Assembly (NCBI GenBank): GCA_035285545.1
Contig: JAYKGY010000129.1
Coordinates: 1-64,000 of the forward strand
Direction of reading: 5' to 3'
DNA from: Snowella sp.
GTDB lineage: Bacteria; Cyanobacteriota; Cyanobacteriia; Cyanobacteriales; Microcystaceae
DNA length: 64,000 nucleotides
Shown in pieces: positions 1-9,475 of this stretch. The translations under genes and the position numbers were made by a program. The notes beneath the pieces were generated by a model. It saw only the letters and a list, made by a program, of their open reading frames with translations, ran no database searches and was not told where the DNA came from. Position 1 is the first letter of the stretch. The number at the start of each line of letters is the position of its first letter.

Positions 1-54
1 TCTCGCATCTGTTGTCTTTTTTAGAAAATCATCTAGCTCTTCTATCAAGTTCAT
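1..54 (-). CDS. 5' end of a probable IS630-family transposase (runs off the left edge)
   Basis: ATG at 54 gives MNLIEELDDFLKKTTDAR, resembling the N-terminus of cyanobacterial IS630 HTH transposases; it lies about 70 nt inside an IS630-like terminus. Confidence 0.55.
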   Translation of the reverse strand, partial: MNLIEELDDFLKKTTDAR

Positions 55-124
55 GATTTTAACCCTTTACTTTTGTCCCTCTCTCATTTCTATTATATCT
101 GTTACAAATCGTTTAGGATTGCTA
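1..124 (-). mobile_element. Left end of an IS630-like insertion sequence (TA target)
   Basis: Minus strand reads TA|TAGCAATCCTAAACGATTTGTAAC from 126, matching the TATAGCAATCCTAA-type terminal repeats recalled from cyanobacterial IS630 elements and MITEs; a transposase-like ORF start follows. Confidence 0.6.
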
Positions 125-676
125 TAAGTGTGTAAGAATAGGGACTAATTTATCGAGAACGTCTTTTTGTAGATGAGTTGTCCACCTGTATTCATAGTGA
201 TGGTGCTGATAACGGCTAACCTTACTTTTAAGTATCTCGACCGATTGTATGACATTTTTTAAATCTTCTTTTGTTTTAACCTTTTGAAACTGAGATGCTA
301 TTTCAAGACATTTTTTGCAAATAGCTTCAGCTTCGTCATAGGTTGCATTATGGTCGCGGTGGTATCTACGGATTGTATTGGGAGCATACTGCTCAAAATA
401 TGTCACCATACTTCTAACTGTTGCCATATCCAATTCATCAAGAAAAGTTGATACTGGCGAAACTGGTGTGGTTTCTAAATTAATGACCTCTTCTGCTTTA
501 TCTCTCTTGGCTAGATGCTCTGCTGTTTTGAGTGCATCAAGATAAGAGGAAATGTTATGAGCTTTCATCTCCCCAGTCAGGATATTTACAACCGCATAGC
601 CTGTTCCTTGGTTGACAATACCATAGTTTCCTTCAATACCTGCAAACTCATTTGCGACTGGCTTGATGTTACTCAT
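122..676 (-). CDS. Hypothetical protein, 184 aa, possibly 3'-truncated by the IS
   Basis: ORF with GGAG SD just before ATG; no recognised domain; its TAG stop lies within the IS terminus. Confidence 0.7.
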   Translation of the reverse strand: MSNIKPVANEFAGIEGNYGIVNQGTGYAVVNILTGEMKAHNISSYLDALKTAEHLAKRDKAEEVINLETTPVSPVSTFLDELDMATVRSMVTYFEQYAPNTIRRYHRDHNATYDEAEAICKKCLEIASQFQKVKTKEDLKNVIQSVEILKSKVSRYQHHHYEYRWTTHLQKDVLDKLVPILTHL

Positions 677-743
677 GACTCCACATTCTTACTGAAATTA
701 TTTATTATAGTAATGCAAATTTCACGCAATAATTACTTTTAGA

Positions 744-1151
744 TTAACGATTTTTCCAAAAAGTTTTTGCGACCGAGCCGACAACTCCATGTAGCCCTTT
801 TCTACGCGATAAGTTGTTGATCTGTTTGCTAACGACATCTTCTCCTACCTGAAGCACAAAGTCTAAAACTGGATCAACTGGTGATGCTAGTGTATGTCCT
901 AAAAGTTGTTCGACAGTTTCTTTTGATAACGCAAACCATTCTCTTCCTGCCGCATCGGATTTCCAGTAACCCTGTCGGCGTAGACGATCATGAAGTTTTT
1001 TCTCATCGCTACGTGTTCCCTGAATAGTTCCAACCAAATCAAGCTTATAGGGACATCCTGCCTGCCATTCTTTAAGGCGTTCTGAAGCTTCTCGCTTTGT
1101 GTAGCCTATTTTGTATAGATTTGTTCCTCTAGCTTGATAAAAATAAATCAC
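744..1151 (-). CDS. T5orf172/MUG113-type GIY-YIG nuclease family protein
   Basis: Motifs IYFYQA..LYKIGYT..ERLKEWQAGCP..E..LH..REWF; AAGGA SD before GTG. Confidence 0.85.
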   Translation of the reverse strand: MIYFYQARGTNLYKIGYTKREASERLKEWQAGCPYKLDLVGTIQGTRSDEKKLHDRLRRQGYWKSDAAGREWFALSKETVEQLLGHTLASPVDPVLDFVLQVGEDVVSKQINNLSRRKGLHGVVGSVAKTFWKNR

Positions 1152-1310
1152 AGATAAATTCCTTGAAAAACGTTTTTATTTGAAAATATGACTAACTCCT
1201 CACGTTCAAATGATAATGGATTTGAGCTAATGGCGATCAGATATTGCCCTGTTAAGCCTTTATGACCTCCATTCCTAAAGCACCGTTACCTAATCGTATT
1301 ATTGATAATG

Positions 1311-1337
1311 GTAATTACTAGTTAATCTAGTGATTAC
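1311..1337. promoter_or_regulatory. 27 bp imperfect palindrome, candidate operator
   Basis: GTAATTACTAG-TTAAT-CTAGTGATTAC (11 bp arms, 1 mismatch), no poly-T tail, upstream of the GIY-YIG cassette. Confidence 0.4.
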
Positions 1338-1437
1338 GTTCTACATTTTAGTAGGTCAGGTGAATAGGTGATCGCTGAAAGAAAGATTGCAATTTAAGAG
1401 TTATCTATAATTACTGTAAAAACAATGTACTTGGCAT

Positions 1438-4400
1438 TTACACAGGAAAGCGTTTCATTAGGGAAACAGCTTTTCTAGCATTGGTTTTTAAAGAATCGCT
1501 AACATTTGGAATTTGCGGAATTTGCCAAAGCAGGTCAATAGTACGGCGTAAAATGCGGACGAGATCGCCTTCATCTAAACTGGTGTGGGTGCAGAGTTCA
1601 TCCCAAGTCGCGCCTAATGCCCATTGCTCGACTAAACCGAGTAAATCAACTTCTAACCAAAGCGGAATCGTGATGCCATACCGTTTTTGCGTCTGGATTA
1701 ATTTGCGCCGCAGTTCCCACAGGTTAGTACGACCGAGATAATAGATTAAAAATAGGATAGTTGCGAGGGGTTGGGTTAAGGTCATCCGCGATCGCAGAAC
1801 AAGGGTCATTAGAGTTAAATCAACGTGAGGACGCAGAGCCGCTAAAACTTCGGGAGGAGCCGCATAACTTGTCCAGGTATCAGGTCGGAGGGTTTCCGTA
1901 ATTAATCCACTGGCAGCCGCCGCTAAATGATGGGGAGCAAGATGGCTAAATTTCCCCGACATAAAAACGAGTCCTAACCACAGTTCATTTTCTCCCCGTA
2001 CCGTAGCCGCCGCTTCTCCTAAAGGGGTGGGAGCAAATTCATCTAAAGCCTCTAATTCTTGTAAAATAGCAATTAAATCCAGAAATTCCTGCCAATAATA
2101 GGATTGCCGTGATTGGAGACGTTTAAACTCGATTTGACGCTTTTCTAATTCTTCCCGTAGCATGGCTCGCTGGTGAAAACTTTCAATTATCCGATGGGGA
2201 TGCTTCTGTTGCTGTAGGGGATGGGTTTCCAGAATTTTCTGAACGTGTTCGACCCGTTGCTGTTGTTCAACCACTTCAGGTGCAGGTAATAGGGGTAAGG
2301 CTAAAGCTGCAATTTGTTGAGCGAGGGAAAGGGTGGCTTCATCACCTTTAAAGGGACGGCCAGGGGTTAAAAATTCTAAGGGGGGTAAGGTTAAATGGGT
2401 GAGTAAATTTTCAGGTAAAGCGGCGGAATTAATTTCAAAGACATCTTTAGAGGTGACGTGATACCAACGGTTATCTGCGCCTAAACAGATCAACTCAGGA
2501 AGTTGGCTAAAGCCTTGGGTCTTCTTTACCACCGTTGCTAATAGGGGAGTGGCGATTTTAATATGCTTGCCTTTGAGGTGCAAAATTTGGCCAAGGGGTA
2601 AATCAACGATTCGGGCGGCGATTTCTTGTCGATGGCTTTTTTCAGCTTGTTGTTGCAGAATTTTTAATAATCTTTCTTCTTCCCGTAGTCGGGCCCGGAA
2701 TTTTTCAAAGCTCCGAATATCTTTTTCGTTAATGCCTGCTAATTTAATATCCAGTTGGGCAATTTGACTTAATAACCGCGCGATCGCGGCTTGGGTGGGT
2801 TCAAGTTCCAGTTGCGCTAAATATTCGGCAAAACTGCGTTCTAATAAGTCTTTAGCTTCTTCAACGGTATGTTTTTGCAATAAATTTAAGACCATGCCAT
2901 AGGTGGGCGTAAACCAACTACGGAGTGGTTCGGCTTCTGCGGTGGCAAGATAGGCGGCTTCTTTGGCTCCTTCAAAGGGAGATTGCACCGTCACCACATG
3001 GCCAACCGTATCCATGCCTCGACGACCCGCACGACCCGCAATTTGTAAAAATTCCGAGGGACTTAACATACTGTGACCGTCATCCGTCCGCTTCGATAGG
3101 GCAGAAATCACGGTGGTACGAGCAGGCATATTGATCCCTGCCGAAAGGGTGGCCGTGGCAAAAACCACTTTAATCAGACCGCTTTCAAATAATTTCTCCA
3201 CTAATTCTTTCCAAGCCGGTAAAATTCCCGCATGGTGTACGGCAATTCCCCGCAATAGGGGTTCGATTTGGTCTAAATGGGTCATGGGGGAAGAATCCGC
3301 AAACCATTGCCACAGTTTCCAGAGGGTTTCGGGTTGCTGAGTGAACGTTTGAATTAACGGCTCGGCAAATTCCTGAGGATTATCAACAAACGCGAGAACC
3401 CGTGAAGCAAAATCAGGATGGTCACTGCCAAAGCTGGCTAACAGTTGCTCTTGTAAAGCAGGATTGGAAATGAGGAAAAAGAGTAGGAGATTAAGCTGAA
3501 TGGTTTGGGCTTCTTCGGGCGTAACGAGGGTAAGGTTTCGTAGTTCTCGGACGGCTTGTTCGCATCCCCGACGGCTAAAAATGACATAAATCGCAGGTAA
3601 AAAGTCTTCTTCTTGTAATTGTTGGACGATGGTTAAAACGCTGGGGCAATCTTCCCGTCGGAGTCGTCTCGGTTTTTTGTCCCGTTGGGATTTTGGGGGT
3701 AAGAGGTGGGGATTAATGCCTTTATTTTTGTTATTGAACAGGGGATATAAGCCCGATTTGGAACTGAAGTGAAAATGAAGGGGGACGGGGCGAAAATTGG
3801 AGTTTACCAGTTCACATTGGGAAAGGCTCTCTTCAGGCGATCGCCGACGATTACTTTTTAGTGAAGAGCCGAGACGCACTTGATTAATCCAATCGGTTAA
3901 CTGTTCAGGTTTTCCAATGGTGGCAGACAGGGCGACTAATTGAATGGTGCTGGGACAATAAATGATCGATTCTTCCCAAACTGTCCCCCGACCGCGATCG
4001 CTGATGTAATGGCATTCATCAAACACCACCGTTTCCACATTTTCCAAAGAGGTTCCCACCTGACCAATGGGGGTTTCGTAGAGCATATTGCGGAAGATTT
4101 CCGTCGTCATCACCACAATGGGCGCGTTGGGATTGACCACCACATCCCCCGTAATTAACCCCACTGCGAATTCTGCCCGTTCAACACCGATAGCGCGTAA
4201 TTTATCTTGAAAATCCCGAACTTTTTGGTTAGATAGGGCTTTAAGCGGCGTTGTATAAAAGACCCGCTTTCCTCTCATCAAGGCGCGAATAATGGCATAT
4301 TCTCCAATGACTGTTTTTCCCGAACCCGTCGGCGCACAAACCACCACCGATTTTCCTGCGTCTAAAACGGCGATCGCTTCTTTTTGAAAATCATCGAGTT

Positions 4401-4452
4401 TAAAGGGAAACAGATCTTTGAGGGTTAAATTCGCGAGGTCAGAATCTTTCAC
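1438..4452 (-). CDS. helY: Ski2/HelY-like DEAD/DEAH-box RNA helicase with C-terminal DSHCT domain
   Basis: APTGSGKT, DECH, SAT and QIAGRAGRRG motifs; C-terminal DEGDLVRILRRTIDLL. Confidence 0.9.
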   Translation of the reverse strand: MKDSDLANLTLKDLFPFKLDDFQKEAIAVLDAGKSVVVCAPTGSGKTVIGEYAIIRALMRGKRVFYTTPLKALSNQKVRDFQDKLRAIGVERAEFAVGLITGDVVVNPNAPIVVMTTEIFRNMLYETPIGQVGTSLENVETVVFDECHYISDRGRGTVWEESIIYCPSTIQLVALSATIGKPEQLTDWINQVRLGSSLKSNRRRSPEESLSQCELVNSNFRPVPLHFHFSSKSGLYPLFNNKNKGINPHLLPPKSQRDKKPRRLRREDCPSVLTIVQQLQEEDFLPAIYVIFSRRGCEQAVRELRNLTLVTPEEAQTIQLNLLLFFLISNPALQEQLLASFGSDHPDFASRVLAFVDNPQEFAEPLIQTFTQQPETLWKLWQWFADSSPMTHLDQIEPLLRGIAVHHAGILPAWKELVEKLFESGLIKVVFATATLSAGINMPARTTVISALSKRTDDGHSMLSPSEFLQIAGRAGRRGMDTVGHVVTVQSPFEGAKEAAYLATAEAEPLRSWFTPTYGMVLNLLQKHTVEEAKDLLERSFAEYLAQLELEPTQAAIARLLSQIAQLDIKLAGINEKDIRSFEKFRARLREEERLLKILQQQAEKSHRQEIAARIVDLPLGQILHLKGKHIKIATPLLATVVKKTQGFSQLPELICLGADNRWYHVTSKDVFEINSAALPENLLTHLTLPPLEFLTPGRPFKGDEATLSLAQQIAALALPLLPAPEVVEQQQRVEHVQKILETHPLQQQKHPHRIIESFHQRAMLREELEKRQIEFKRLQSRQSYYWQEFLDLIAILQELEALDEFAPTPLGEAAATVRGENELWLGLVFMSGKFSHLAPHHLAAAASGLITETLRPDTWTSYAAPPEVLAALRPHVDLTLMTLVLRSRMTLTQPLATILFLIYYLGRTNLWELRRKLIQTQKRYGITIPLWLEVDLLGLVEQWALGATWDELCTHTSLDEGDLVRILRRTIDLLWQIPQIPNVSDSLKTNARKAVSLMKRFPV

Positions 4453-4632
4453 GGGGATTTCAGGTAAAACAGGAAAAAACGAAATGGATTTTAAAAGCTG
4501 ATCTTTTGTTCATCAATATCTCCATGTTAAAATAAAAACTCTCTATCTGTCTAAATTTAAAATTGCTAAAGAATAAAAATAAGTTGAATAAATCTCAAAT
4601 TCTATTATTAATCTCATGATTCAATAATATTA

Positions 4633-4660
4633 TTAACTATTAACTCTTAACTATTAACTT
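4633..4660 (+). repeat. Heptamer tandem repeat (TTAACTA-like x4), STRR-like
   Basis: TTAACTA TTAACTC TTAACTA TTAACTT, ending 4 nt before the folC ATG. Confidence 0.75.
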
Positions 4661-4664
4661 ATTA

Positions 4665-5921
4665 ATGACCATTGATTTTTATCTCAAATCCTACCAACGT
4701 TTTGGTGTTCACCTTGGCTTAGAACGGATTAAATCTTTACTAGAAAAATTAGGCAATCCTCAACAGCAAGTTCCCGTCATTCATGTTGCTGGAACCAATG
4801 GAAAAGGATCAGTTTGTGCTTATTTATCTTCGATCCTAACGGCGGCGGGTTATCGAGTCGGACGGTATACTTCCCCCCATTTAATTGATTGGACAGAGCG
4901 CATTTGCTTAAATGAAAAACCCATTGCTGAAACAAAATTTATTGAATTATTAGATACCATTCAATCCTGCATTTCCCTTGAAAATGAAGCCGAAATTCCC
5001 ACCCAATTTGAAGTAATTACGGCAGCGGCTTGGCTCTATTTTGCTCAGGAAAAAGTCGATGTTGCGGTGATTGAAGTGGGCTTAGGGGGACGATTAGATG
5101 CTACGAATGTGGTTGAGCATCCCCTAGTTAGTATTATTACATCGTTAAGTTGGGAACATTGGCAAGTTTTGGGGCCGACTTTACAACATATTGCACTGGA
5201 AAAAGCAGGAATTTTAAAACCCACTTGTCATGCTGTTATCGGTGTTTTACCACCTGAAATTGCAGTGGTGATTAAATCGAAATTGGATAGTTTACGATGC
5301 CCTGCCATTTGGATTACACCCGCGAAAGAAATCGTGAAAAACGATCAACGCTGGGCAAGATATCAAACTATTGATTATCCCTTACCACTTTTTGGGGATG
5401 TGCAGTTAGTCAATTCCGCGATCGCGATCGCTGCCATTCAATGCTTACACGTTCAAGGCTGGGAAATTTCAAATCAAGCTATCCAAGAAGGCATGGCAAA
5501 AGCCCGTTGGTTAGGGCGTTTACAGTGGACAAGCTGTCAAGACAAACCCTTATTAATTGACGGAGCGCATAATATTGAATCAGCCCAAGCGTTGCGTCGC
5601 TATGTTGAGCAGTTGGATAAGCCTGTGCAGTGGGTGATGGGAATGCTCTCGACAAAAGATCACCGTGATATTTTTCAGGCGTTGTTACGTCCAGGCGATC
5701 GCCTCTATCTTGTTCCTGTTCCTGACCACAGTACGGCTGAACCTAGTGTGTTAGCCAATTTAGCAAAAGAGGTTTGTCCAGGTTTAGCTTCTGTAGAAAT
5801 TTTTCCAGAATTATTTCAAGGGTTAGATACGGCCTTAAACACGTCTAATCAGGAAAAAAGTTTAACGGTTTTGTGTGGTTCTCTCTATCTGGTGGGCTAT
5901 TTTTTAGGCAATCGACATTGA
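4665..5921 (+). CDS. folC: Folylpolyglutamate synthase / dihydrofolate synthase
   Basis: HVAGTNGKGS, EVGLGGRLDATN, DGAHN and GSLYLVG motifs. Confidence 0.95.
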   Translation: MTIDFYLKSYQRFGVHLGLERIKSLLEKLGNPQQQVPVIHVAGTNGKGSVCAYLSSILTAAGYRVGRYTSPHLIDWTERICLNEKPIAETKFIELLDTIQSCISLENEAEIPTQFEVITAAAWLYFAQEKVDVAVIEVGLGGRLDATNVVEHPLVSIITSLSWEHWQVLGPTLQHIALEKAGILKPTCHAVIGVLPPEIAVVIKSKLDSLRCPAIWITPAKEIVKNDQRWARYQTIDYPLPLFGDVQLVNSAIAIAAIQCLHVQGWEISNQAIQEGMAKARWLGRLQWTSCQDKPLLIDGAHNIESAQALRRYVEQLDKPVQWVMGMLSTKDHRDIFQALLRPGDRLYLVPVPDHSTAEPSVLANLAKEVCPGLASVEIFPELFQGLDTALNTSNQEKSLTVLCGSLYLVGYFLGNRH

Positions 5922-5942
5922 AGGACTGAATCGAAGAAAATC

Positions 5943-6035
5943 ATGAATGATACAATTGCTCACTCAAAAAGCGGCATTCAACTTATCGATGATGATGAGG
6001 CAGATGTTGTTTATCTTCGTGTCTATTTGAGTTAA
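5943..6035 (+). pseudogene. Possible DUF2283-like gene fragment (30 codons)
   Basis: MNDTIAHSKSGIQLIDDDEADVVYLRVYLS; DDEADVVYLR resembles the YDxEADxxYL motif of DUF2283; in an AT-rich tract at the tRNA-Gly 3' end. Confidence 0.3.
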
Positions 6036-6336
6036 AAAGTGACCTAAATTCTTACTGCATAAGGCTTTCAATTGCGAGATTCTGCACTATTTCAAAAGGA
6101 TAAAAAATCAACTCAAAAGTTGATGTTGTATCGCTTCTAAGGCTGTACTATTTTTTAAACTAAATAGCGGAACGATAACTTTTTTAACCGTTTTAAGGTA
6201 TTCTGCATTCTAGTATAGCCATATAGGAATGAAGCTATATAAATAGAATAAATACAGAATAAATATTTTTATCCCAAATTTATCTCAAATAAAAAACTTT
6301 CATTTCTGAAAGTCTTACCGATATTGCTTCGTAGGA

Positions 6337-6407
6337 AGCGGGTGAGGGGAATCGAACCCCTATCATTAGCTTGGAAGGCTAAGGTTTTACCACTAAACTA
6401 CACCCGC
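6337..6407 (-). tRNA. tRNA-Gly (TCC)
   Basis: GCGGGTG acceptor stem, anticodon arm TTAGC-CTTCCAA-GCTAA, GGTTCGATTCC T-arm; 71 nt, no encoded CCA. Confidence 0.97.
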
Positions 6408-6516
6408 ATAGTTTGTCATTAGCACCTTCGTAACAATAACATATTTCAGGAATCCTTGAATAGACTTTTCCCAAAATTATTAATTGTTCAATCATTGCTC
6501 AATTGTTGAAAGGTCT

Positions 6517-7371
6517 TTACGCGATTGCTGTACCGAGTAATGTCCATAGGGCTAAACCCGTTAACAACAAGCAACTCAGCCCTGCAATGCCCGCCAGGGG
6601 TTGTTTCCCAATGCCCACGATCCAAACTGGGCTAGTCGGAGGATAGATTAACAATTCCGCCGCATCCAAAGACGCTAACCCCCAAACCCAAGCAGCATGT
6701 AGCCCCCAAGCCAGACCTAAGCTACCGTGATCCACCCAGCGAGCCAACACCAAAATCATTCCCATTAACCATAATCCTGGTAGTTGGGGCAAAGTGGATT
6801 GGCGTTCCCACAATAGATGGAGCAGCGCAAAAATCATGCTCGAAAGACTGGCAGCTAACCACAGGGGATAATCCGCTTGGAGTTGATTCAGAAAAATTCC
6901 CCGAAATAGGAGTTCTTCCGTGATACCAACCCATAACCCTAGAATCAGTAACGGTAACGCGAGAGGGATGAGGCGAGAAAAGTTTTGAGTTTGCCATTGA
7001 ACGAAGCCGCACCGACTTTCTAGGGTAAAAATTAGTAGTAGTCCTCCCAATCCTAATAAGATTCCCAATAACAGCGATCGCGCTAAATTTCCAGTCCAGC
7101 TTAAACCGTAGGCTGTAAGAGATTCGCCATCAACTTGTAAAGTCAACCAAACCATCAAAGGAACTAATAAATACAGGGAGGCAACTAGGGGTAATTTTTG
7201 CTGAGGGGTAGCGGAGCGTAAGGGATTCCACCCTAATTTTTTTCCCAAGGGAACGGCGATCGGCAACCAAAATATTAGCCAAAAGAGTAAAAATAAGCTT
7301 ACTTTGACCAAGGATGGATAATCTCTCCATAAGCCTAGCCAAAGAGTTAGATCAGAAAACATAGATTCCAC
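6517..7371 (-). CDS. CPBP (CAAX/Abi) family intramembrane metalloprotease
   Basis: EELLFRG, FALLH and GLHAAW motifs; multi-TM; downstream of cyAbrB as in other cyanobacteria. Confidence 0.9.
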   Translation of the reverse strand: MESMFSDLTLWLGLWRDYPSLVKVSLFLLFWLIFWLPIAVPLGKKLGWNPLRSATPQQKLPLVASLYLLVPLMVWLTLQVDGESLTAYGLSWTGNLARSLLLGILLGLGGLLLIFTLESRCGFVQWQTQNFSRLIPLALPLLILGLWVGITEELLFRGIFLNQLQADYPLWLAASLSSMIFALLHLLWERQSTLPQLPGLWLMGMILVLARWVDHGSLGLAWGLHAAWVWGLASLDAAELLIYPPTSPVWIVGIGKQPLAGIAGLSCLLLTGLALWTLLGTAIA

Positions 7372-7424
7372 TCATACTTAAAGTATCCGTATCTGTACTG
7401 ACTAAAATCCAAACAGGGCATGAT

Positions 7425-7460
7425 AAAATAAGGGCAATTTCAATCCCTGAATTACCCTTA
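7425..7460 (-). terminator. Probable intrinsic terminator after cyAbrB
   Basis: Minus-strand stem TAAGGGTAATT/AATTGCCCTTA followed by TTTT. Confidence 0.55.
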
Positions 7461-7620
7461 AAATTACTATTTTTTTAAAGTCGAAGTTATCTCAACCTAT
7501 TGCCCCCTTTATTTAAGGTAACCTGATTTTAGATATCAACAATAAAATCGGTTCAGCATCGTTGAGAATTGTAATCGTATAGGCTATGGGGTTTTTGAGG
7601 GAGAAGGACATTCCCTTTAG

Positions 7621-8007
7621 TTACTCTTCACTTTCGGATGTTCCATCAACCTGCTTAAGGTGAATATGCTTATAGCCGAGCTTAATTTCAAATTCATCAC
7701 CCGATTTTAAACCCATTTGTTCTGTGTAGGTAGAACCAATGACAATTTGACCATTTTTATGGACACTAACTCGAAATGTGGGTTCACGGCCACGACCATC
7801 TTTAATACCACCTGGTTCGAGAGGAACACCTTTTGCTGCAAGGACAGCATCATAAAAGTCAGTTAAATTGACACGGACTTGACCATCTTTTGTCGTAGTG
7901 TAAAAGCCACAGCGTTTGGCTGTTTCTCGGCGGGGTAAGTGAGACAGCTCTTTTACTTTTTGGAGCAGTGCTTTCCCGCTTAAGGGTGCAGTTGTTGTTT
8001 CTGACAT
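7621..8007 (-). CDS. calA: Cyanobacterial AbrB-like transcriptional regulator (cyAbrB1/CalA, Sll0359-like)
   Basis: GKALLQKVKELSHLPRRETAKRCG and GRGREPTFRVSVHKNGQIVIG; ATG at 8007 preferred to TTG at 8049. Confidence 0.9.
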   Translation of the reverse strand: MSETTTAPLSGKALLQKVKELSHLPRRETAKRCGFYTTTKDGQVRVNLTDFYDAVLAAKGVPLEPGGIKDGRGREPTFRVSVHKNGQIVIGSTYTEQMGLKSGDEFEIKLGYKHIHLKQVDGTSESEE

Positions 8008-8467
8008 AGGACTCAAATCTTCCTTAAATTTTTTGTCTAGCTTTTTCAATTTTACTTAAAAAATTGATCTTATTTAAAATATAGCATTAAATCTTTAAAG
8101 GAAAAAATTTTTCCTTCCCCATCGACAATAAAGATATCTATCTCGTTTTTTGTCAAAAACGATTGGCGACAGATCAAGCAATATTGAATTTTATTAGAAG
8201 TCAAATAAATCTGCATACCTTGGTAATAAAAGAAATGCCTAGTTATACCTACGGAGAAAAGATTGAAATAACAAAAAATGCGCTAAAAAAAGGGCAGCCT
8301 CTAAAAACGAGATTGATCAATTTCAGTAAATACCTCGATCAGTGGTTAGAAGAAGGATAAAATTTGTCAAGATTTATACGGAGATTTAAGCCAAGGAAGA
8401 TATCGGTGTTTTAGACTGGTAAGGGGGAAAATACCCTGACCTCTTGATGATTTCCCTGTTAGCGACT

Positions 8468-9475
8468 ATGCAAGTTCAATTTAAAATTTTTCGTCAAAAA
8501 CCCAATGGAAATTCCTACATTCAAACGTTTTTGCTAGATGTTGAACAGGGAATGACGATTCTTGATTGCCTTAATCGCATCAAATGGGAACAGGACGGTA
8601 GCTTAGCGTTTCGGAAAAATTGTCGAAATACGATTTGTGGGAGTTGTAGCCTCAAAATTAATGGGCGTTCGGCCTTAGCTTGTAAGGAGAATGTCAGCAG
8701 TGAACTAGAGCGATTTGCTCAGGTTACGGAAACGGGGGTGCCGGAAATTGCGATCGCGCCGATGGGGAACTTGCGAGTTACCAAAGATTTAATTGTAGAC
8801 ATGAAACCTTTTTGGGATGACTTAGAAGCGGTTGAACCCTATGTCAGCACCAGTAGCCGTAACATTCCTGAGCGAGAATTTTTACAAACCCCCGAAGAAC
8901 GGAATCAATTAAACCAAATGGGGAACTGCATTCTCTGTGGTGCTTGCTATTCCGAATGTAATGCCAAGGCCGTTAACCCTAGTTTTGTTGGCCCCCACGC
9001 TTTGGCAAAAGCTCAGCGATTACTGGGAGATTCCCGTGATGCCCAAACCGAAGAACGATTAGAGCAATATAACGAAGGGATTCAAGGTGCCTGGGGTTGT
9101 ACCCGTTGCTATTTATGTAATAGTGTGTGTCCGATGGAAGTGGCTCCGATGGAGCAAATTGGCAAGATTAAACAACAAATTTTAGAACGCAAAGATGCCC
9201 AAGCTAATCGACCTATTCGCCACCGTAAAGTTTTAATTGATTTAGTCAAAGAAGGGGGATGGGTGGATGAACGTAAATTTGGGCTTTATGTGGTGGGGAA
9301 TTATTTTCGCGATCTCCGAGGCATTGCCAGTATTTTACCGCTAGGCTTAAAAATGCTCAGTTCTCGTAAGTTTCCCACTTCTTTTGAGGCTTCCGAGGGA
9401 ACTCAAACGGTGCGATCGCTGATTGAGTCGGTACAGTCTGATGTCCATTTAAATAGCACACCGAAATCCCACTAA
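8468..9475 (+). CDS. sdhB: Succinate dehydrogenase/fumarate reductase iron-sulfur subunit
   Basis: CRNTICGSC..C, CILCGACYSEC and CTRCYLCNSVCP clusters. Confidence 0.92.
   Translation: MQVQFKIFRQKPNGNSYIQTFLLDVEQGMTILDCLNRIKWEQDGSLAFRKNCRNTICGSCSLKINGRSALACKENVSSELERFAQVTETGVPEIAIAPMGNLRVTKDLIVDMKPFWDDLEAVEPYVSTSSRNIPEREFLQTPEERNQLNQMGNCILCGACYSECNAKAVNPSFVGPHALAKAQRLLGDSRDAQTEERLEQYNEGIQGAWGCTRCYLCNSVCPMEVAPMEQIGKIKQQILERKDAQANRPIRHRKVLIDLVKEGGWVDERKFGLYVVGNYFRDLRGIASILPLGLKMLSSRKFPTSFEASEGTQTVRSLIESVQSDVHLNSTPKSH

Noticed and set aside
1438..4452. helY as part of a helicase-nuclease defence system with the T5orf172 gene
   Set aside because: It has host codon use and HIP1 sites and resembles the ordinary ~1000 aa cyanobacterial HelY; adjacency is more simply an island boundary
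6517..7371. CPBP/Abi protease as a phage-defence gene
   Set aside because: Conserved neighbour of cyAbrB in cyanobacteria; the Abi name does not imply defence
8163..8360. 65-aa ORF between cyAbrB and sdhB
   Set aside because: TTG start, no SD, in a divergent promoter region, no recognisable domain
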